Assembly (NCBI GenBank): GCA_035084275.1
Contig: CM068756.1
Coordinates: forward strand, 14,322,001-14,386,000
DNA: 64,000 nucleotides
DNA from: Hydrolagus colliei
Lineage: Eukaryota
Direction of reading: 5' to 3'
Shown: positions 1 through 11,400 of the stretch, one piece after another
Numbering within the stretch: position 1 is the first letter of the stretch
Layout of the letters: each line of letters starts with the position of its first letter
Program-made: the position numbers and the translations under genes
Notes under the pieces: generated by a model
Database searches by the model: none
Told to the model about the DNA's origin: nothing
What the model saw: only the letters and a program-made list of their open reading frames with translations

Positions 1-768
1 CTTGGGACAATCTCGATACATGTGTTCAGAATAGATTAGTATATTACTAGACAGGGTAAACATTCTGGGTACGGAGGGATGTAAATAGTTGAAAGCAATG
101 TTAACTTTAGACATTCATGAAAAATCTTTCAATTTAAGTATTAAGCAAAATAACCAGTGTGAATATTACGTCCAGTCTCAATCTGTGAATATCATTGTGA
201 TCAGAAGTAACAACAAAACAAAATGACACCTGCCGTGAGGAGGACGTACCAAGGCACTGGACCTGTATTAAAATTACAATGAACTCAGAACGTAAAACAG
301 CTTGATAATATGTCATTTAAGGCAGATGTAGCTGATGACATGTGTTTGAGTTTATTTTTTAATCATTGTTCTTGACTTTATTAGTCAGGCGAGGGTGACA
401 CACAGAATACTACAATGGACCATTGCTTTTCAGAGGAACCCTCACAAAGTACAATCCATAAATTGTAGAGGAAGATGGCTTTACCTATTGACATCTGATC
501 ACAGTGATGAAACACGCTCATTTGTTTTTAGTAAGAGGGGGGGAATATGATGGAATGAGAAGACATTTGATGCTGAAGTGTCCTGAGGTGTACCGAGGTT
601 TTGAAAATTACGTGGGTTTAGGATTCCACCACTTATCGGTTAGGTTTAACAAAATATTTGATGATTCGCTTAAAATGTATGACCTTCAATTCAAATTGGA
701 TACTGTAGTTTATCACCATCTTGTACCATGCCCTTCTCACTAATCTCAACACATGTGTCTCCTATCAA

Positions 769-1130
769 CTCTGGCATTGCTTCCTATTGGAGCTCCTGTG
801 GCTCAGTGGTTAGAGCACTTGTCTTGCAAGCTGGGGAGACCAAGCTGGGGAGACCTGTGTTCGAATCCAGGCAGGTCAGGGCAAAACCTTGGGCAAGTTT
901 CCTTACTCCACACACCCAATAATAATCCCTCCAAAAAAACGCACAATAGTAAAATTGGTCATTTTTCAATACACGACTGTGTGTGGGACACTGCTGTGCG
1001 CAATTGGCTGCCGCAATTCACCCACAAATATATACAGTCAATTCACTTTACAGTATATTCTGTGAAGCGCTTTGGGACGTTGATAAAATGTGGAAAGCGC
1101 TATATCAAATGCAAGGATTATATATTTTTT
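769..1130 (+). mobile_element. tRNA-derived SINE with L2-like 3' tail
   Basis: A box TGGCTCAGTGG and B box GTTCGAATC, then body and tail ...gtgaagcgctttgggacg...gcgctatatcaaatgcaaggattat. Same family at 33680-33992 (-) and 61500-61735 (+). Has an internal duplication of agctggggagacc. Confidence 0.85.
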
Positions 1131-1634
1131 ATTCTTCCTATATGCAGGTCTCCTGGGAGAGCAAGTCACATTCCATCCCTCAAGTCATCGGCAGGAGCTG
1201 CCGAACATTGACTGTCCCTCATGGCTCCATCCTCAGCTCCTGACTACCTATATGATCTATCTACTTGGCGACATCATCTGTGGACATCTAAGTGCACATA
1301 TACGAAGATGAAACCCAACTCTCCCTTTTTCCACACACAACAACCATCATCGACCTGATTAGGTCCCAAACTTCAAGTCCCTGATGAGCTCTGACTTTCT
1401 TCAACTGAATAATAATAATCTCTGCATTTTATACGGCGCCTTATATATCAAATACAATTATTAATATCATTATATCTCGTCATTGCATTACAAATCCCTT
1501 CAGACGAATGAATGAAAGGCACTATACAAATATAATTTTGTTGTTGATATTGTTTACGAGGCAATGCAGCTAAACATCCCTACGAGATTTGAATAAACAA
1601 CAGTTGACTTTTTAAAATTTGGTTAGATTCTTAC

Positions 1635-1970
1635 CTGCGTTAGGTTTTGGGATGGAATGTTTTGTGTCAGTGTAGGTGGCAATAGCTGCAGACTTCAGGC
1701 TGACGTGGAACACCAGACAAGTATAAACAGACGCTATCTGGACAGACTGTGTGTCTTCAATAGAGCTAGAGACCTTATAGAGTTCCCCAGAGTTCTGCTT
1801 TTCTATGGTTACTGTCTCTTCCACCTTGATTCCTGATGTTGGTGTAATTTCGTTCCCATCTTTATACCATATGAGGGTGAAATCCTTTGGGTAAAACGCG
1901 GTAGTTTCACACACAATTGTCCGATGCTGAGTAGAATTCCTAGAGAAAATCCTCAGTGGAGTTGGGGGAA
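1635..1970 (-). CDS. Gene 1 C1-set Ig exon
   Basis: ttctacag acceptor and G|gtaag donor; 336 nt, phase 1-1. VPPTPLRIF...VCETTAFYPKDFTLIWYKDG...YTCLVFHVSL shows C1-set hallmarks (CxxxxFYP, WxKD, YTCxVxHxxL). Confidence 0.93.
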
Positions 1971-2999
1971 CTGTAGAACAGATAATGGAGGAAAATTATA
2001 TTAAATTTTATCAATCATCTGGAAAAATTCAATTTTGATTCATTTCTTTGCAAGATCCTGATTTCTGAGAGCAAACGGAGGTTTCTTTAGATACACAAAT
2101 ATCACTCGCACAGCTGAATGCCTTCCTCCTACTTTAATTACTTTGTTGTTTAAACATTAATATTCAGTCATAATACTTGTCTTAAATATCATACGACGTA
2201 TAATGATTAGCACACAGAATTGATCGCTGCAAACTCTTGAACAGGGGAGATAGTGGATTCCTGACAGGAATCAGCACACTGTGGTATTCTAGATCAACTG
2301 ATAACATTCCAGCCTCTGAATTAGCGTGGCTTCATGCTCCACATCGGGACTTAGAATTCATATAGTCAACACTGAAACACCCGCTGCAATGCCATTCTTA
2401 GGATGAGAAATCAAATCTGGTTTAATTCTGAATGTTAACATTAAAGATCTCACGGCAAAATGAGAAAAGAGAATACAGGTTCCCTGGCAGCCTGCCCTGT
2501 AATGACACAACTTATTTTTAATGGTCTTCTACCCAATGACTGTTGTGGGACATTTCTGTACATAACTTGGCGGCTGTGTTTGCTCACAAAACTACTCTGT
2601 CTAGTCACTTTACAACATATCATGTGAAGTGCTTTGGGTTGTGTCAGTGGTGTGACCAGGTGCTGTATCGAATGATGGGACCCCCTTGAAAGGTTTTGAT
2701 CAGGTGAAGAAGGAAACAGTGAGTCCGTAACAAGAGTCCATAATTTGAAATCATCATTAAATAAAAGGAGAGGTTGAATTTTGATTTTACTGAGAAGCTG
2801 TTGGTACAAAATACAGTCTGAAGAACATTCCATAACAGCTGTTAAAAGGAATTGTAAAGTCATAGATTCTTTGTCTTCCATATGGATTTTGAATTAATTA
2901 TGCGAATAATATGGATAAATTCTATGATCTTCGTAACATTGTTGTAGAATGGATCGACTTCAAGATCTGCACTGCACTCTTGTGTTTAAATCTCTCCAC

Positions 3000-3390
3000 T
3001 GGTCTACACCCCCCCCCCCCCCCCCCCCCCCTCCCCCCTCCCACCTACATCTCTGATGGCCTCTCTCCTCACAACATTTGCGTTGCCTCCACTCTACTGG
3101 GTCCGGCCTCCTAGTTGTCCCCTAATCCTCCGTTCAACCATCGGCGGCCGTGCTTTCAGCCACTACCCGAAGCTTTAGAACTACCTCTCTCAACCCCTTC
3201 ACCTCAACCCCTTCACCTCAACCCCTTCACCTCAACCCCTTCACCTCAACCCCTTCCTTTCCCATGTGCAGGTCGCGCCTGAAGACCTTCTGTTCGACGG
3301 CGCCTATGGCTTCAGCCTCGAGGCTCCGCCAGTCTGAAGCGCTCTGATTCGCTGCCCGGTATGGAGTGCGCTATAGCAAAGCCAGCTGTT
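3000..3390 (+). repeat. Degenerate L2 3' fragment with poly-C tract and 14-bp tandem repeat (caaccccttcacct x4 plus partial, 3191-3257)
   Basis: Similar to the 3' end of the L2 at 11300-11690. Tandem unit read directly. Confidence 0.65.
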
Positions 3391-3596
3391 GCTTTAACAT
3401 TATTCGATAAGTGTGGTGAGTTGTACTATTTTGTGTTTTAGGTGTGTAGAGGTTGATTCTCACTTAATATACTGTACTCTAAAAACTAGTGAACAAACTA
3501 GTATGAACAAACAATACGAAAAGCTTTAAAGCATTCACTGCATTTATTACTTTCTATGTAATTTTCAGGTGCTTTCACTCTTCACTACACACTCAC

Positions 3597-3917
3597 CCTG
3601 CACAGTTAAACGTGATCCAGGTCCTGTTCCAATTCCTGATCCCTGACGGATCACTGAGCAGCGATAGACTCCAGAGTCCTGTAAACTCACATTCAGGAGC
3701 TGGAAGAAGCCGCTTCCTTTGCCTTTCACACCAAATGTTTTCCTGCTGTCCGCCTGTGTGTCCAAGTGGCCGTCCTCACCCTCCTTCTCCCACTTCACCT
3801 CCACTTCTGAACCGTGTTGAGAGAAGGGGAAGATACAGATGAAATTGATGTCTGACCCTTTGATGACAGTCGTACGTTCGGGGTTTTGACTCACTATGAC
3901 CGAAGAACCTTCAGGGA
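3597..3917 (-). CDS. Gene 1 V-set exon with germline-joined J-like motif (NKp30/SIRP-like)
   Basis: tctgacag acceptor and G|gtgagt donor; 321 nt, phase 1-1. Contains Cys (FIC), Trp (VKW) and DSGVYRC...GTGPGSRLTV. Confidence 0.94.
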
Positions 3918-4072
3918 CTGTCAGAAAAGAAAGTCAATCAATGATACATTAGATGATGCGTCGTGGAGTAAACAGACGAGTAAAAGAGGAAAGGACCGTA
4001 AGTTTGTATGATAAATGGCACATGGAAACAAGCTTTCACATATTCAGAGAGTTACTGAGTTATAGAATATAC

Positions 4073-4124
4073 CTGTTGAAATAAAATTTAAGACAAACAA
4101 GTACAGAAAGACAATGCTCCCCAT
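4073..4124 (-). CDS. Gene 1 leader (signal peptide) exon
   Basis: ATG...MGSIVFLYLFVLNFIST plus G|gtatat; 52 nt, phase 1; homologous to the gene 2 leader. Confidence 0.88.
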
Positions 4125-4129
4125 GTCGG

Positions 4130-4215
4130 AATCTGGCTTTGATGAGCTGTAACACGTGAACGTGAAGTGTTTATTATAGAGTAAGTTGCTGTGACACTGA
4201 CTTCCTGTTTGAAAG
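4130..4215 (-). promoter_or_regulatory. Putative proximal promoter of gene 1
   Basis: Block gctgtgacactgacttcctg (ETS core CAGGAAGT on minus) is conserved upstream of genes 2 and 3 and at the orphan site near 7500. TATAATAAA on minus at 4170-4178. Confidence 0.5.
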
Positions 4216-4249
4216 GGCTTTCTTCAATTAGCCCAAACTGAAGGTGTAT

Positions 4250-4640
4250 TTGTGTTTAAAAAAAAAGCTTTGCGTTAAGCAGACACTATTGCACACAACG
4301 CACACACAGCTACAACACATCATGTAGTAGGAATGCATATCTGTTATTGCATAAAAAGTGAAATATTGTGCACAGTAGATACAGCCACTGTGTTAAATAG
4401 GAACAGCCTAATTGATGGAAAATGCTAATAGCCGATGGTCTATAATCTGAGCGAGCGCGACTCTTGTAATGTCCTTTGACATTTACCAATACAGCAGAAC
4501 GCTTGGAGTTTTAACTCTTAGTTGTTTGAAGTCAGGTATATTTTTAGCAGCTACGCAACATGTTCAATGTCCACGCATCAAATTTATCATTGTTTTGCAC
4601 CACATTTTGTTGCCTCCCTCTCTGTTTTCCTTAAAAGCCT
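4250..4640. repeat. Locus-specific non-coding repeat 'block B' (about 8 copies in window)
   Basis: Core gaacagcctaattgatggaaaa...ctttgacatttacaaatacagcagaacg recurs near 5570-5950, 7660-8070, 11870-12070, 25670-25830, 28670-29100, 40550-40620 + 43485-43615 + 54610-54740 (split), and 61400-62060. Confidence 0.8.
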
Positions 4641-4654
4641 CTGCCTCCCTACAT

Positions 4655-4760
4655 ATCCAGTTCTGACGAAGAGTTGTGGACCCAAAATGTTGACTCACTT
4701 TTCTTATTCCACAGACGCTTCCTGACCGGCTGATTGATCTCAGTGATTTCTGTTTTGGGA
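4655..4760 (-). mobile_element. Penelope-like terminal fragment
   Basis: Reverse-complement similarity to the motif at 21355-21495 (tcagcaggtcaggcagcatc...cttcatcagaa) typical of shark Penelope ends. Confidence 0.4.
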
Positions 4761-6353
4761 TTACCGAATGGGAATTTTGAGTTCACAGCATCCTCAGTCT
4801 GAAGTGTAGTTGATGGTCGTGAATACTATTCGGGAGCATCCGCAGTAGTGAAACACGTGTATATTTTGACAGTCTCTGTTTCACCAACAGTGCACAACCT
4901 TGATATTGATATTAGGAGAAGGAATGATCACTCTAATGGAGCTCTAGGCTGAGGAATAGGTCACTTATATGTCATTTTAAGCTGATTGATGTTGAGGGCG
5001 GATTGTTCAATGGAGAGAAGAAGAAATTATTATTTGCTTGATGTTTTCCGATGATCAAAGAGACAGTTATGTCCAAACCAAAATACCCAAATGGCTGATG
5101 CAGAATCCAGCCTGTACAGAGCTGGAGTCTGACCACACATTGAGTATTGCACAGTGATGTAGTCACTGTGACATACAGGGGCTGCCCAAGTGGCAATGCA
5201 GAGGAAACCAATATGGATGATCCCCAGGATTAGAGGAATGTGCTTTGAGAGGTGTTTAAAATTATCAATGGGATTGGGAAGAGTAAATATATATCAATAG
5301 TTTAGGTTATAACAAAACAGCCGAATAAGAACATATAGGTTTAGAGTTGCTTAGCCAATATTAGGACAGATTCTAGGTTTATCTTCACCGCAATTAAAAT
5401 AAAGAATTTAAATAGGTTGGAAGGAAAGTTGGTTGAGGCCACGAGGCCACCTCGTTTAAAACACAGTTTGAGGTTGTGATGGGGGGATGGTCGGGAGGGT
5501 GTTCTCAAAGGATGAGATCAGATACGCCGAAGGGCCTTCTTTAATTCATCCGATTTCAAGATTTTTTTTTGAAAAAGGTGTGTGTTAAACTGACGCTATC
5601 ACTTACAGAACAAAACACCACACGTGGCGAGAATGCATGTCTGTTGTTAAACAAACAGTGAAATACTCGCCACAGTAGGTACAGCTGCTTTACTGCAATA
5701 GGAACAGCGTAATTGATGGTAAAAGTTCAAAACCCGCATTCTATAAATAATCTGAGAGAGCAAGACTCTTGTAATGGAATACCACTTTGACATTTACAAA
5801 TACAGCAGAACGATTGTGGTTTTAATGCCGTGTTGTGTCATATCAGGTGTATTCATAGCGGACACCTGAATATGTATGCACGTAAGCTTCAATGTTTTTT
5901 TACTGCATTCGACTATTGCGCCACATGTTGTTGACCAGGTTTTAAATTAATCCATTCCAAATGTTGTTTCATTCATACTAAAGAGACAGAATAACTAGAG
6001 GAGACGGATTTATACAATATGCTTTTTATTGAAATGCTGATCGAGCATGTTACACAGCAGTTCCTCATATTGTAGTAGCTAACAAGCTAATTGATAATCT
6101 AATAATTCAGTGGTTATCTTTACAGATTGATCAGATTCACAGTGAATACAGTTTAGCAATAAAGTATGGTTATATGTGTATTCTAAGCAATAATTTCCAA
6201 CAAATTTCTTGAGAACGTATTATCTAATAAACTAATAAATGCAATTATATTTGAAACGAGTGAAAATGGAAAAGCAGTACAAGATTAATGTGCAAATTTT
6301 TCAATATAGTGGAAAATTGCATCTAATATAAACCAATATCAATTTCAGATGCA

Positions 6354-6495
6354 TTACTTAGATCTTGGTTTCCTGCAGATAGTGGCGGTTTCTCCATAGT
6401 TTCTCACATGGAGCTCTGCTTACTCTGTATTATTAACGGTAGTCAAATTCAACATCACCTAAAGCCAGCGCCTCATTCTCTGCTCCGTATATCAT
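6354..6495 (-). pseudogene. Degenerate terminal Tyr-motif exon of a deleted receptor gene
   Basis: ttttatag|ATG acceptor, homologous to the gene 3 terminal exon. A +1 T insertion and TAT>TAG destroy the Tyr motif. Conserved AATAAA (minus) at 6025-6030. Confidence 0.7.
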
Positions 6496-7139
6496 CTATA
6501 AAACGTAACGTCACAACAGCAATACATGGTAATCGTAGAACATATTTTATGATGGGAGTACATCCCAGGGCACTGAGAGATTGTTGTATTCACTGTTCTG
6601 AGGATTGCTGTATAAGTAATCATCAGAAAATCCACAAGTTTAAATATTGCAAATAATTAATAAGCAAACTTACAGTTTTATTGAATACTCTGTTAACAAT
6701 TACATGACATCTTGCATTTAAATGATATATTGATGCTGCAAAATAGCATGAGGGGATTATATTTGAAATATTCTTATTTATTGATGATGAACAGTATCTT
6801 TCGATTACTACAACTCGGTTTTCAGATTAAACATCTTCTGAAAGGCAATTAATGAATGTACCTGCTCTTTGCAGTGGCTCGATCCTTTCTGATTTCTGCG
6901 TGGGCCTTTGATAAGAAAGTCAATAAATGAAGAATGCATTTTCGAATATGTTTTGCTTAGAATAAATGAAAAGCGTTAGGAAGCTCACAAGCTACCAGAG
7001 TCTGTTTTTCTAAATATACATATGTATAAAGCTGTCTTCTTGCATCAAACTGAGTTTACTTCAAGGCTAATCTGAACACATTAGCCTTTAAATGCTAACT
7101 AAAGGCTAATTAGCCTCCAACTTAACGTCAACAAGCCGG

Positions 7140-7430
7140 AAGCCCTCCTGATCGACTCACGTCAATGCCTCAGCACCTGAGGCACTGATAACATCAGCAT
7201 CCAAGGCTGCTCCCTCCACCTCTCGAAGCCAGTCAGGGATCTGGGCGTCTTGTTTGATCCCGAACTGTCCTTCCTCCCTCATATCCACGCCATGACTGGT
7301 ACAGCTTTCCATCACCTCCATAACATTGCCAGACTCTGCCGCTACCTCATCCTCCCATGCTGCCAAAACACATCTTCATTACATCTAGGCTGGATTACTG
7401 CCTTCCCAGCTCACCCTTTCACAAGCTGCA
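7140..7430 (+). mobile_element. L2 LINE fragment (RT C-terminal region)
   Basis: MFDPELSFLPHI...FHHLHNIARL matches L2 ORF2 at 10900-11000. Confidence 0.8.
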
Positions 7431-7431
7431 C

Positions 7432-7620
7432 CATGACTGACTCTGGCTCTGATGATCTGTAACACACAAACGTGCAGTATTTGATATGGAGGAAGCAGCT
7501 GTGACACTGACTTCCTCTTTCGTTGTGTTGGGGAAATGTGGCTGATGTGGTTGATGTGATTTGAAATCACAGCAAAATTGTGCATCTGATAACTATTCCT
7601 ATTAATTGCAGAGAAGGGCC
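7432..7620 (-). promoter_or_regulatory. Orphan copy of receptor promoter and 5'UTR
   Basis: Aligns to gene 2 promoter (20212-20355) up to the ATG position. Contains AAAGAGGAAGT (minus), TGTGGTT and palindrome TGTGATTTGAAATCACA. Confidence 0.65.
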
Positions 7621-8409
7621 TCCTTCAATGAGGCAAAACTGAAGAGGAATTATTTTTAAACAGACACCACTGCACACAAAGCACTCACAGTGCAACACCA
7701 CAACATGTAGTAAGCATATGTTGCTCCATAAAGAATGAAATATTGTGCGCAGTTGTTACTGCAACTTTCTTACAATAACAACAGCCTGATTGATGGAAAA
7801 CTTTAATATCCCATGGTCTATATATAATCAGAGAGAGCAAGACTCCTGGAACTTGAATTATGCTTTGACATTTACAAATCTAACAGGATGATTGGAGTTT
7901 TAACTCTTAGATGTTTGAAGTGAGGTATAGTTTTACCAGATATGCACAATGTTTAATGTCCACGCTTCAATTATTTCATTGTTTTGGATGAATAGCACCA
8001 CATTTTGTTACCTCCCTCTAATTATTAGTCCTCAAATGCCTCTCCCTCCCTACATTCCTAGTTCTGATGAAGAGTCAAATATATTGGTATAACGAAAAAT
8101 TTGGTATATTGAAAAAAATCGATATATCGCAAATATCGCTATATCGTGTCTGGCGATATATCGGTATAATACAAACTTTTTCAATTTACCTTGTCGATAT
8201 CCGAATGCGTGCGCAAACCGGAATGCACGTGCACCCCTGAATACGCGCCCACCTCCAAATACGCGTGCACCTCTGAATGCGCGCGTATGCGCAGGACAAA
8301 AAAACCCGCGATATCGATATATCGGTATATGTCAATATGGACCAACCGATATATCGATGTCGGAAAATTTCCATATCAACGGACCATAGCAATCACCCAC
8401 TGACGTTAT

Positions 8410-11400
8410 TCCTTCTCTACCCTTCTTTCTCTTCGCCCTCCTCGTTTACTGTCCCTGCTCAACCCTCCCACCGCTTCCCTTTGTTCCAGTTTAGGAATTC
8501 TCCGTCGGGCTCACAGTGGTACTCGGCGCTGGCTGTCCAACAGCAGCCACACCTAGTGCCCTGTCCCCCACCATCACCGCCAGCCCCACCGGACACAAAC
8601 CCGGGGGGTCAACCTCTCCTCTCTTATCCAGATCCCCACCCTCCCCGCCGACCATCCCAGCCCCCCCTCACACCCCTCGGCCAACTGCTCTTTCAGCATC
8701 GGCCTCCAAAATGTCCGCTCTGTCTGCAACAAGACCCTGGCCATCAACGATCTCATCCTTGACGAGAAGGTTGACATCATGGCCCTGACAGAGACTTGGA
8801 TCACCCTAGGCGACACTTTCCCCCTCGTTGAAGCCACACCACCCAACTACACATTCCACCATGCCCCTCGACCCAACTGTCGTGGCGGTGGTGTGGCCCT
8901 CATTTCAAAGACATCCCTCGCCCTATCCCCCTATTCCTCCGGTTCCTTCCCCTCTTTTGAACAGCTCACCCTCTCTCACTCCTCCCACAATTCCTTCAAA
9001 ATCCTATTAGTTTATCGCCCCCCCAAACCCTCCCCCACTTTCATTTCAGATTTCTCTTCACGTTTAACCCTCTGTGCTTCCTCTGATCGCCTCATCATTC
9101 TTGGCGACTTCAACATCCATTTCACCCCCTCCTGCCCCATTTCCTCTGAATTTTCCTCTTTACTTTCGTCTTTCAACTTCTCCCTTCACACTAACACTGC
9201 CACCCACACCCACGGCCATCCGCTCCATCTGGTGATCACCCGAGGCCTCAACGTCTCTGGCATCACCATCACCGACAAGGCCATTTCAGACAATTTTTTA
9301 ATCTCTTTCAAAACCTCTATCCCTCCCCCCTCCACCTCCAAACCCACCACCATCTTCTACCAGCCCTGGAAGAAGACTCCCCCTCAAACCTTCACCTCTG
9401 CCCTCGAAAACTCCGACCTCCTCCCACAGTGGCACTCTTTTTGCACTGACCCAGCCTCCACCTCCACCGCCCTCCATAACACCCTCTCCACTACCCTCGA
9501 CACCCTGGCCCCCCTCACCTCCAGAACCGTCTCCCACTCCCGATCATCACCGTGGTACACAACTCACCTCCGTTCCCTCAAAAGCCAAGTGCGAGCAGCT
9601 GAACGCACCTGGCTCAAATCTGTCCTCACGGTCCACCGGCAAATCTGGCTGGACCGCATCAAATTTTACCGCTCCGCCCTAGCCACCGCCAAATCAACCT
9701 TCTACTCCAGGATAATCCTGGAAGTGAAGGACAACCACCGCCTCCTCTTCGCCACCACCAACAAGCTCCTCCGCCCCCCCCCCGTCTCGCTTCGCAGATC
9801 CTTTCCTCAAACGAACGTTGCGAGGAGATTTTGGACTTCCTCGAGTCCAAAATAGAGAATCCGCTCCGCGGTTTCCTCCCCCCACCTTTCCTCCACCTCC
9901 GCAACTCCAGCCGTTATCTCAACCCCCACCCAAACCCCCTTCATACTTTCATTCCCACCTCCCCGTCTTCAATCACTAAAATAATCACCTCCATGAAACC
10001 CACCACGTGTTCATTGGACCCCATCCCCACCCCCCTCCTCCACACCCAGCTCCACCTTCTGACCCCGCTCATTTCTGACACCATCAACCTTTTCCTCTCC
10101 TCAGGCACCGTCCCTACCTCCCTTAAAACAGCCACCATCACCCCTATCCTGAAGAAACCCTCCCTTGATGCATCGCAACCATCAAGCTATCGACCCATCT
10201 CCAATCTCCCGTTTTTATCCAAGGTCCTTAAAAGAGTGGTTGCCTCCCAGCTCCGCTCTTTCCTTTCAACTCACTCACTCCTTGAACCCCTCCAATCAGG
10301 TTTCCGCCCTATCCACAGCACAGAAACTGCCCTGGTTAAGGTTACAAATGACATCCTAACCGCCTGTGACCAGGGCTCCCTCTGCCTCCTCGTCCTCCTT
10401 GACCTGTCTACTGCGTTCGACACAGTCGATCACACCATCCTCCTTCAACGTCTTTCCTCCCATCTCAACCTTCAAGGCACAGTCCTTGACTGGTTCCATT
10501 CCTACCTGACCCACCGCCTACACTTTGTGTCTTCCAACGGTTTCTCCTCAAACCCCCGCACAGTTTCTCACGGCGTCCCTCAGGGCTCTGTCCTAGGCCC
10601 CCTCCTTTTCACCCTTTACACGCTCCCTCTGCGCGATGCCATCCGCAAACATGGGGTAAATTTCCACATGTATGCGGACGACACCCAGCTGTACCTTTCT
10701 GCCTCATCCCTCAACCCCCATACCATCGATGTTCTGACAGCATGTCTGTCCGACATTGAGTCCTGGACGAGGGGCAACTTCCTCCAATTAAACGTGAGTA
10801 AGACCGAGGCCCTCCTGATTGGCTCAAGCCAGCGCCTCCGCACATCGGGCGCTGCCAGCCTCAACATCCAAGGCTGCACTCTCCACCTCACAAAGCCAAT
10901 CAGGAACGTCGGCATCATGTTCGATCAAAAACTCTACTTCCTCCCCAACATCCGTGCCTTGACCGGCACCGCTTACTTCCACCTGCGCAACATTGCCAGG
11001 CTCTGCAATTATCTTACCCCCCACGCTGCCGAAACACTCGTGCACGCGTACATCACCTCAAGGTTGGACTGTGGAAACTCTGTCCTCGTCGGCCTCCCCA
11101 GTTCCTCCATTCACAGGCTGCAGGTCATCCAAAACTCTGCAGCCCATGTATTATCCCGCACCCGCCTTCGCGACCACATAACCCCCACCCTCGCCCGTCT
11201 CCACTGGCTCCCCATCCTCCAGAGGATCGAGTTCAAGATCCTCGTCCTCACCTTCAAGGCCTTACATGGTCTTGCCCCGCCCTACTTAACCAATTTACTC
11301 TCCCCCTACAAGCCCACCCAGACCCTCCGCTCAGCAGGACTTGGCCTGCTCCAAGCCCCCCACCCGAACCGCCCCACCATCGGAGGCCGGGCCTTCAGTT

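Noticed and set aside
1-130. Expected TM exon of gene 1
   Set aside because: No hydrophobic exon found; by alignment with gene 2 it should lie just left of the window.
769-880. Possible tRNA gene
   Set aside because: A and B boxes are present, but there is no clean cloverleaf and it continues into a SINE body shared with other copies.
3008-3040. Long poly-C run (G-quadruplex candidate on minus)
   Set aside because: Lies in a decayed L2 tail and homopolymer length is unreliable; no supporting context.
3601-3640. CACAGTT heptamer-like sequence at the V exon end (also in gene 2), suggesting an RSS
   Set aside because: No ACAAAAACC-like nonamer at 12 or 23 nt; it is simply the antisense of the LTV codons, and V and J-like parts are already fused.
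5150-5170. Inverted pair of perfect RSS heptamers CACAGTG...CACTGTG
   Set aside because: No nonamer at either spacing in either direction, and the pair is not conserved in the paralogous blocks at about 26230 and 60940.
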